50,317 bases of DNA, taken from Cyclobacteriaceae bacterium. Its GTDB lineage: Bacteria; Bacteroidota; Bacteroidia; Cytophagales; Cyclobacteriaceae. The stretch covers positions 1 through 50,317 of the forward strand of contig JAEUUB010000786.1 of the NCBI GenBank assembly GCA_016787745.1, written 5' to 3'. The position numbers and the translations under genes are program-made. Below the pieces are notes generated by a model. The model saw nothing but the letters and a program-made list of their open reading frames with translations, made no database searches and was not told the DNA's origin. Positions 30,223 through 36,745 of this stretch are shown here, in pieces; the stretch's first letter is position 1, and every line of letters starts with the position of its first letter.

Positions 30223-31098
30223 ATGAAGGCTTTTATATTTCCCGGTCAGGGGGCGCAATTTCCCGGTATGGGGAAAGAACTTTATGAAACCAATCAAAAG
30301 GCCAAAGCGCTGTTTGATAAGGCGGATGAAATTCTTGAGTTCAAGATCAGTCAAACCATGTTTACCGGTACTGCGGAGGAACTAAAGCAAACGAAGGTAA
30401 CACAACCCGCTATATTCATTCATTCGGTGGCTGTAGCAACTACCCAGGATGATGTTCATCCTGAAATGGTTGCAGGGCATTCGTTGGGAGAGTTTTCGGC
30501 ATTGGTTTCAAACAAAGCACTTTCATTTGAAGATGCTTTGCGTTTGGTTTTTAAACGGGCATTGGCCATGCAACGGGCCTGCGAAATAAATCCTTCAACG
30601 ATGGCCGCTATTCTGGGGCTGGACGACCAAAAAGTGGAGGAAATTTGCGCATCGGTTGATACTGAAATTGTTGTGGCTGCAAACTATAACTGCCCTGGTC
30701 AATTGGTGATTTCAGGATCCATGAAAGGAATTGAGGTTGCCTGTGAAAAGATGAAGGCAGCAGGTGCTAAGCGGGCCTTGCCTTTACAAGTTGGAGGGGC
30801 GTTTCACTCCCCTTTGATGGAACCGGCCCGGGAGGAACTGGCAGCAGCGATTGCGGGCACGCAGTTTAATAAACCGATTTGCCCGGTTTATCAAAATGTA
30901 AACGCGTTGCCTTCTACGGACGTTGATGTGATTAAGAAAAACTTAATAGATCAATTGACTGCACCCGTGCGATGGACACAACTTGTACAAAACATGGTGA
31001 AGGACGGTGGAACTACCTTTATCGAATGTGGTCCGGGCAAAGTGCTGCAAGGTTTGGTAAAGAAAATCGCACCGCAGGCAGACGTAGCAAGTCTTTAA
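30223..31098 (+). CDS. fabD: Malonyl-CoA:ACP transacylase
   Basis: FPGQGAQ, TQPA, GHSLGE, ANYNCPGQ, GAFHS. Confidence 0.97.
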   Translation: MKAFIFPGQGAQFPGMGKELYETNQKAKALFDKADEILEFKISQTMFTGTAEELKQTKVTQPAIFIHSVAVATTQDDVHPEMVAGHSLGEFSALVSNKALSFEDALRLVFKRALAMQRACEINPSTMAAILGLDDQKVEEICASVDTEIVVAANYNCPGQLVISGSMKGIEVACEKMKAAGAKRALPLQVGGAFHSPLMEPAREELAAAIAGTQFNKPICPVYQNVNALPSTDVDVIKKNLIDQLTAPVRWTQLVQNMVKDGGTTFIECGPGKVLQGLVKKIAPQADVASL

Positions 31099-31580
31099 AG
31101 TTTGCGCACGGCCAGCGGATCTGTGCACAGGGCCAACAGGCCTGTGTGATTTTTCTTTAACGTAGGATGAATAAAATCCGGGGCAATTTCGGTAAGAGGT
31201 TCGAGTACAAATCGCCTCTGGGCAATGCCCGGATGCGGCAGTGTTAAATCTTCTGTATTTATAATTGCGTTATCAACATATAGCAAATCAATATCAATTA
31301 TTCGGGCTCCCCATTTTTCTTCTCGGTTACGCCCCATTTCTTGTTCAATCGACAGTGCCTGATATAAGCTTTGGTTAGGTTTTAAGGAGGACCGGACGAT
31401 AAGCGCTAGGTTTAAAAAATCCGGTTGATCGGATTTGCCCCAGGGTTTGGTTTCATAAACCGATGATTTTTTAAAGACAACGCCAATGCGATGGCCGATT
31501 AGCGTAATTGCTTTTTCTAAATTTTTTGCTCTGTCACCCAAATTACTACCAAGCATTAAATAGGTTTGATTCCATTCCAT
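31095..31580 (-). CDS. folK: 6-hydroxymethyl-7,8-dihydropterin pyrophosphokinase
   Basis: LGSNLGDR, YETKPWG, FLN, RIIDIDLL, LPHP, RRFVLEPL. Confidence 0.95.
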   Translation of the reverse strand: MEWNQTYLMLGSNLGDRAKNLEKAITLIGHRIGVVFKKSSVYETKPWGKSDQPDFLNLALIVRSSLKPNQSLYQALSIEQEMGRNREEKWGARIIDIDLLYVDNAIINTEDLTLPHPGIAQRRFVLEPLTEIAPDFIHPTLKKNHTGLLALCTDPLAVRKL

Positions 31581-31652
31581 ACAATCGAAAGATAAGTAAG
31601 TCATTTTCTTTCCGGATGTCCTTTCTGTATTTTTGAATCTAATTTTATTTTG

Positions 31653-33413
31653 ATGAATTTTTTCAAAGCTTTTCTGGCGTCTTGCCTGGGTTCGCTGCTC
31701 GCCTTTGCTATACTGATTGTATTAATGATTTTCTTTGTTTCGGCCCTTGTTTCTGGCCTTTCCAATGAAGATACGCAAAGTGTCATCAGTGAAAATTCGG
31801 TTCTGCATCTCAAGTTGGATGTTCCAATTACAGAGAACGAGATAGCAGATCCTTTTGAGGGATTACTCATTCCGGGTGCGGTCACCTCGATTGGATTGTT
31901 ACCTTTAAAAAAATCAATTGAACAGGCTAAACAAGATCCGAACATTAAAGGAATCTATCTGGATCTTAGTGTATTTATGAGCGGGTTTGGAGTAGCACGG
32001 GAAATCCGTCAGGCTTTGTTGGATTTTAAAAGTTCTGGGAAATGGATCATTGCCTATAGTGAGTTTTATACCGAGTCTGCCTATTACGTTGTTTCGGCTG
32101 CTGATAAAGTTTACCTAAACCCCGAAGGAGATCTGGAGTTTAATGGATTGTCGGTAGAAGTTTCTTTCTTCAAGAAGTTGTTTGATAAGCTTGAAATTAA
32201 ACCACAAATTTTTCGTGTAGGAGATTTTAAAAGTGCTGTTGAGCCCTTCATGCTTGACCATATGAGCGCAGAGAATAAGCTTCAACTCACTGAGTTAATA
32301 TCGGATATTAATAATACCATGATTCGGGATATCGCGCAAAGCCGGAGGATAGAGGTGAATCGTTTGAAAGAAATTTCTGACAAAATGGAAGTCACAAATT
32401 CGGTTACTGCTCAGGTGCACAGTCTGGTAGATTCATTAATGTACTTTGACCAGGTGCAAAAAGAATTGCGCACCCGATTAGGTGTAACTAAAAATTCCGA
32501 GATAAAACTGGTAAAGTATAGCAAGTACAAAAAGAGTTATTCGAATTACTCAGCCTCTAAAAATGAAATTGCTGTGATTGTGGCAGATGGGGACATTATC
32601 CCCGGAAAGGCGCAGCAAGGCATGATTGGTTCGGATACTTTTGCGGAAGAAATTAGAAAGGCCCGCCTTAATGATCGCGTAAAAGCTATTGTTATTCGGA
32701 TCAACTCACCGGGGGGTAGTGCGCTTGCCTCGGATGTAATGTGGCGCGAAATAAAATTGGCCACCGAAGTTAAACCGGTTATTGCCTCCATGTCTGATTA
32801 CGCAGCTTCAGGGGGCTATTATCTGGCTATGGCTTGTGACACCATTGTTTCACAACCAACCACCATTACAGGATCTATTGGAGTGTTTAGCGTCTTGTTT
32901 GATCTAAGCAGTTTTCTTGATAGTAAGTTGGGAATCACATTTGATGAGGTTAAGACAGGTGACGTTGGAGGATTGTCGGTAACGAGACCTTTAACGGCTG
33001 TTGAGAAATCAATCTGGCAAAGAAGGACGGAAGATATTTATGATTCCTTTACAGCCAAGGCTGCGGAGGGTCGGGGTATGTCAGTAAATGAATTAAAGAA
33101 AGTTGCCTCGGGTCGAGTTTGGACCGGTGTCCAGGCAAAAGAAAGAGGGCTGGTGGATGTTTTAGGTAACTTTAATGATGCAGTTGCGATAGCTGCGGAT
33201 AAGGCGGATGTTTCCCAGGACTACAAGTTGAAATATTATCCAATTCAGAAATCGTTTATAGAAGAGTGGCTTCTGGAGATGGAAGAAAACGCGGCAACCC
33301 GGCAACTTAAAAATCAATTAGGCGAGCACTTTAAAGCCTACGAACAACTTAAAAAGCTGAAGGAATATCAGGGAAGCCAAGCCCGCTTACCGTATGAAAT
33401 AATGATACACTAA
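31653..33413 (+). CDS. sppA: Signal peptide peptidase SppA, long (67 kDa) type
   Basis: GDFKSAVEPF, RINSPGGS, AASGGYY, TGSIGV, GRVWTG. Confidence 0.95.
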   Translation: MNFFKAFLASCLGSLLAFAILIVLMIFFVSALVSGLSNEDTQSVISENSVLHLKLDVPITENEIADPFEGLLIPGAVTSIGLLPLKKSIEQAKQDPNIKGIYLDLSVFMSGFGVAREIRQALLDFKSSGKWIIAYSEFYTESAYYVVSAADKVYLNPEGDLEFNGLSVEVSFFKKLFDKLEIKPQIFRVGDFKSAVEPFMLDHMSAENKLQLTELISDINNTMIRDIAQSRRIEVNRLKEISDKMEVTNSVTAQVHSLVDSLMYFDQVQKELRTRLGVTKNSEIKLVKYSKYKKSYSNYSASKNEIAVIVADGDIIPGKAQQGMIGSDTFAEEIRKARLNDRVKAIVIRINSPGGSALASDVMWREIKLATEVKPVIASMSDYAASGGYYLAMACDTIVSQPTTITGSIGVFSVLFDLSSFLDSKLGITFDEVKTGDVGGLSVTRPLTAVEKSIWQRRTEDIYDSFTAKAAEGRGMSVNELKKVASGRVWTGVQAKERGLVDVLGNFNDAVAIAADKADVSQDYKLKYYPIQKSFIEEWLLEMEENAATRQLKNQLGEHFKAYEQLKKLKEYQGSQARLPYEIMIH

Positions 33414-33650
33414 TGAGTGTAAGGATGAGATAACAGGGTGTAAGATTTCCCCGCGATGTGAATTATTTTGGCGTTTTTTGGCAAAATAATGTTTTACCAA
33501 ACTTGTGGTTTCCAATGATTCCTCGGACTAAATGTCGTTTCAACGGAATATTAGCAACCGCAACTGCAATTTATGCAGAATATTGCTAAAGAATACCCGC
33601 TTTCCTTATCGGCTTATATCGTTAAAGAAAAGGAAATTAAGCCAGGTTAC

Positions 33651-33681
33651 CTTTAGGGTAGAGACGTAAAACCCTTAAAAG
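33651..33681 (-). terminator. Possible hairpin just downstream of the peptide array
   Basis: Imperfect inverted repeat CTTTAGGGT...ACCCTTAAAAG right after the stop of the 53-aa ORF; weak U tract. Confidence 0.3.
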
Positions 33682-33682
33682 A

Positions 33683-33844
33683 TCACCACTTTTCGTTTTC
33701 CTTCAGCGCGAAACCGCCATTATTGCTTGAGGAGGCTGTTGTTTCTTCCTTTGCTAAAGTTTTGGAAGGTGAACTGGTGAACGCAAATGCAGTTGACAAA
33801 ATCACTACTGCAGCACATAAAAGGATGATGGTTTTTGTTTTCAT
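33683..33844 (-). CDS. Small secreted peptide, 53 aa, non-lipidated paralog (array member 4)
   Basis: MKTKTIILLCAAVVILSTAFAFTSSPSKTLAKEETTASSSNNGGFALKENEKW*; Sec-type signal; shares AFTS and GGxA[IL]KE with copies 1-3; starts 30 nt after the copy 3 stop. Confidence 0.8.
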   Translation of the reverse strand: MKTKTIILLCAAVVILSTAFAFTSSPSKTLAKEETTASSSNNGGFALKENEKW

Positions 33845-33874
33845 AAAATGTTCTTTTAAATGTTGATGACCTAA

Positions 33875-34006
33875 TTATTCTTTGATAGCACTTCCACCAG
33901 AGCTTCCGCCTTGGTCAGTCTGCGGTTTTACTTCTTCTTCGGTGCAAGAGGTAAAGGCAGAGAAGGAAAGGGCAACAAGAATTAGAGAGTAGATAAACTT
34001 TTTCAT
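33875..34006 (-). CDS. Small lipoprotein precursor, 43 aa (copy 3)
   Basis: MKKFIYSLILVALSFSAFTSCTEEEVKPQTDQGGSSGGSAIKE*; lipobox FTS-C. Confidence 0.9.
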   Translation of the reverse strand: MKKFIYSLILVALSFSAFTSCTEEEVKPQTDQGGSSGGSAIKE

Positions 34007-34032
34007 AGTCTTTAAATTTTTGAGGGTTAGAA

Positions 34033-34164
34033 TTATTCTTTGATAGCACTTCCACCAGAGCTTCCGCCTTGGTCAGTCTGCGGTTTTACTTCTTCTTCGG
34101 TGCAAGAGGTAAAAGCAGAGAAGGAAAGGGCAACAAGAATTAGAGAGTAGATAAACTTTTTCAT
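34033..34164 (-). CDS. Small lipoprotein precursor, 43 aa (copy 2)
   Basis: Same protein as copy 3, with one synonymous nucleotide difference (GCT/GCC, Ala17). Confidence 0.9.
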   Translation of the reverse strand: MKKFIYSLILVALSFSAFTSCTEEEVKPQTDQGGSSGGSAIKE

Positions 34165-34188
34165 AGTCTTAGTTTTTGAGGGTTAGAA

Positions 34189-34320
34189 TTATTCTTTGAT
34201 AGCACTTCCACCAGAACTTCCACCTTGGTCGGTCTGAGGTTTCACTTCTTCTTCGGTACATGATGTAAAGGCAGTGAAGGAAAGGGCCACAAGAATCATT
34301 GAGTAGATTAGTTTTTTCAT
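34189..34320 (-). CDS. Small lipoprotein precursor, 43 aa (copy 1)
   Basis: MKKLIYSMILVALSFTAFTSCTEEEVKPQTDQGGSSGGSAIKE*; mature part identical to copies 2/3 despite 6 synonymous changes. Confidence 0.9.
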   Translation of the reverse strand: MKKLIYSMILVALSFTAFTSCTEEEVKPQTDQGGSSGGSAIKE

Positions 34321-34426
34321 AAGTTTTTTAAATGTTTTAATTTTTTAATTGCCTTGTTTGCTGTTAAATTGTAACTCAAATTTGAAGTTTTGTTGAATAC
34401 TATTTTTACCTAATAATTTAAACTCC

Positions 34427-36712
34427 TTGCTCAAGTACTATAAGTTTAATAAGTACATAACTTTTACCCTGTGTGTCTTGTTGGGGCTTGCCTCTCATCC
34501 ACTCATTTCTCAAGACCAGTCCAAGATTGATTCGCTGCGATTGCTTTTAAAAACCTCTGGAGACTCAACACGATTTACTTTACTAACACAACTTTTTCAG
34601 GCAACCAACCGGACCAACTTTGAGGAAGCGTTGGGGTATGCTAAGGCGGCTTACAGTTATGCTGAATCCAAAAGGGACTCGGTAGCGATTGTAAAGGCAG
34701 GTAGAATGATGGCGTATTCTTTGGATGATCTGGGACGGAATGAAGAAGCCTTAGCTGTTCTTAACAGAGTTATTCGAATCGCACAACGCAATCAGTCAAA
34801 GTATCCTGAATTACCAGGAATTTTGAAATTTTTATATAACAACGCGGGGATTGCTTATATGTACATCGGTAAGTACGACTCCTCTTTAAGTTATCATTTC
34901 AAATCTTTGGAGATACGGGAAACAGAAGGGGATAAGCGAGGCATCGGTACCGCACAAAATAATATCGGCCTGGTCTATTTCAAACTTAAGAATCATGAGA
35001 AGGCCCTTGAATATTATTTAAATTCTCTTTCCATTAAAAGAGAATTGAGCGATCAAAGTGATATTGATAAAATTTTGAACAATATTGGATTGTGTTATGC
35101 AGAACTAGGTAATTCGGGAAAGGCCATTGAGTCTTTTAATGAAGCATTGAGTAAGTGCAATCTGAATTGTTCTGCTTCGGTTGTAACGGAAGCAAATTTT
35201 GGGCTGGGACGATCTTATCAGAAAATCAATGAATTCAGTAAATCGAACGGCTATTTCAAAGTTTCTCTGGAAAGCGCTAAAAAACAAAATGATACCCGTT
35301 ATTCAATTGAGAATTTGATTAATCTGGGAACCAATGAGCGAAGTCTTGGTAATTTGAAAAAAAGTATTGAATTTCTTCAGGAGGCCCATGCCCTTGCGCA
35401 AAGTTTTAGATACACCGAACTTCAGATAAATATTTTTAAAGAACTATCAAAGACGTACAATTCGGTTAATGATTTTGAAAAAGCAGCCTTGTTTCAGGAT
35501 CGCTATATTCAACTGAAGGATAGTATTTATAGTGGAGATTTGATTAAGAACCTATCAAGTATTCAAACCAATTTTGAGCAACGTGAAAACCTAAAGACCA
35601 TACGGCTCATTAATGAGAATATTAAATTGAAGGATGAACAACTACAGCGCCAGCGCCTTCAGTATTTATTTATTGTACTCGTTACTATTTTGATTGTTTT
35701 ACTTGCCACGGTTCTTATTTGGGCAAACAGAAAACAACATCGACACAACGCAGCGCTCAGCGAGGCTAAACGGGTTATCGAAGAACAAAATAAGGAACTT
35801 ACCAAAGCGAACGAAGAATTGGATCACCGGGTGCAGGAGAAGACACACGACTTATTTCTTACCAATGAGTCGCTCACCCAAGTTAACGAGGAACTGGATA
35901 ATTTCATTTATAGGACTTCCCATGACATTCGTGGCCCCCTGGTTACGTTAAAAGGAGTTTGTAACGTAGCCATGCTCGATGTAAAAGACGAGTTGGCCCT
36001 TGATTATATGCATAGGCTTGATATTACCGCGGGTAAACTTAATTCAATACTCACACGGTTGTTATTTGTAAACCAAGTCAATCACGCTGAACTTGTTCCT
36101 ACAGAAATAGATTTCAATAAACTGATTGAAGAGGTCATAAAGAAAGAGCGCACCCAGCCGCTGCCCCCTAATTTTTCAATCGAGTACGATATTAATCCGT
36201 CTGTAAAATTGATATCTGATCAGGAATTGGTTCGGGTTATATTGGAGAACCTTATCGACAATGCTGTAAAGTTTTATAACACGTCTGATCGGATTTCGCC
36301 CTTTGTTAAAATTAAAATCCGAAAGTCCGGCCCTAAACAAGTTTCAATTGAGGTGGAGGATAACGGTATTGGAATAAACGCAGGTGACAAAGACCAGATT
36401 TTCCATTTATTTGTCAGGGCCTCGGAACGATCCGAGACGGGCGGTATTGGCCTTTATTTATCAAAGCTATCGACTCAACGCCTGGGCGGTGAGATTGTGC
36501 TGCGTGACACCTCCGAAAAGGGATCAACATTCCTCGTTTTTCTTCCGGCAGATCTTACTCCAATTCTCGAAAAGAGGCAAGAGTTGGAAGAACTAAGAAA
36601 GAAAGACAAGGCACTTCGGGAGCGTGAGGCGCAAGTGGCGCGTCAAAAGAAAGAAGAAACTAAGAATGATCCTGGTATTTCTGAAAAACAAAAAGGTTTA
36701 ATGGCCTCCTGA
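34427..36712 (+). CDS. TPR-repeat sensor histidine kinase (extracytoplasmic TPR sensor, one TM, HisKA + HATPase_c)
   Basis: Signal peptide then QDQSKIDSL; TPRs (YNNAGIAY, QNNIGLVYF, LNNIGLCY); TM YLFIVLVTILIVLLATVLIWA; H-box SHDIRGPL, N-box NLIDNAVKF, DNGIGI, GGIGL. Confidence 0.92.
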   Translation: MLKYYKFNKYITFTLCVLLGLASHPLISQDQSKIDSLRLLLKTSGDSTRFTLLTQLFQATNRTNFEEALGYAKAAYSYAESKRDSVAIVKAGRMMAYSLDDLGRNEEALAVLNRVIRIAQRNQSKYPELPGILKFLYNNAGIAYMYIGKYDSSLSYHFKSLEIRETEGDKRGIGTAQNNIGLVYFKLKNHEKALEYYLNSLSIKRELSDQSDIDKILNNIGLCYAELGNSGKAIESFNEALSKCNLNCSASVVTEANFGLGRSYQKINEFSKSNGYFKVSLESAKKQNDTRYSIENLINLGTNERSLGNLKKSIEFLQEAHALAQSFRYTELQINIFKELSKTYNSVNDFEKAALFQDRYIQLKDSIYSGDLIKNLSSIQTNFEQRENLKTIRLINENIKLKDEQLQRQRLQYLFIVLVTILIVLLATVLIWANRKQHRHNAALSEAKRVIEEQNKELTKANEELDHRVQEKTHDLFLTNESLTQVNEELDNFIYRTSHDIRGPLVTLKGVCNVAMLDVKDELALDYMHRLDITAGKLNSILTRLLFVNQVNHAELVPTEIDFNKLIEEVIKKERTQPLPPNFSIEYDINPSVKLISDQELVRVILENLIDNAVKFYNTSDRISPFVKIKIRKSGPKQVSIEVEDNGIGINAGDKDQIFHLFVRASERSETGGIGLYLSKLSTQRLGGEIVLRDTSEKGSTFLVFLPADLTPILEKRQELEELRKKDKALREREAQVARQKKEETKNDPGISEKQKGLMAS

Positions 36713-36745
36713 TTTCCTCCTCATTTAGCATCTTTGCAATCTGTT

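Larger units (their letters stand above)
33873..34320. repeat. Three-copy tandem direct repeat, period 156-158 nt, one small gene per unit
   Basis: Units begin AATTATTCTTTGATAGCACTTCCACCAG at 33873, 34031 and 34187. Confidence 0.95.

Noticed and set aside
33532-33669. Plus-strand 45-codon ORF (MSFQRNISNRNCNLC...)
   Set aside because: No signal peptide, family resemblance or convincing initiation context.
33873-34320. Tandem repeat read as a CRISPR array or non-coding repeat
   Set aside because: Units are 156-158 nt with no unique spacers and no cas genes; substitutions fall mainly at synonymous codon positions, indicating protein coding.
33683-34320. Peptides as RiPP or bacteriocin precursors with double-glycine leaders
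   Set aside because: They carry Sec/lipoprotein signals; no C39 peptidase transporter, radical SAM, lanthipeptide or other modifying enzyme is in the window.
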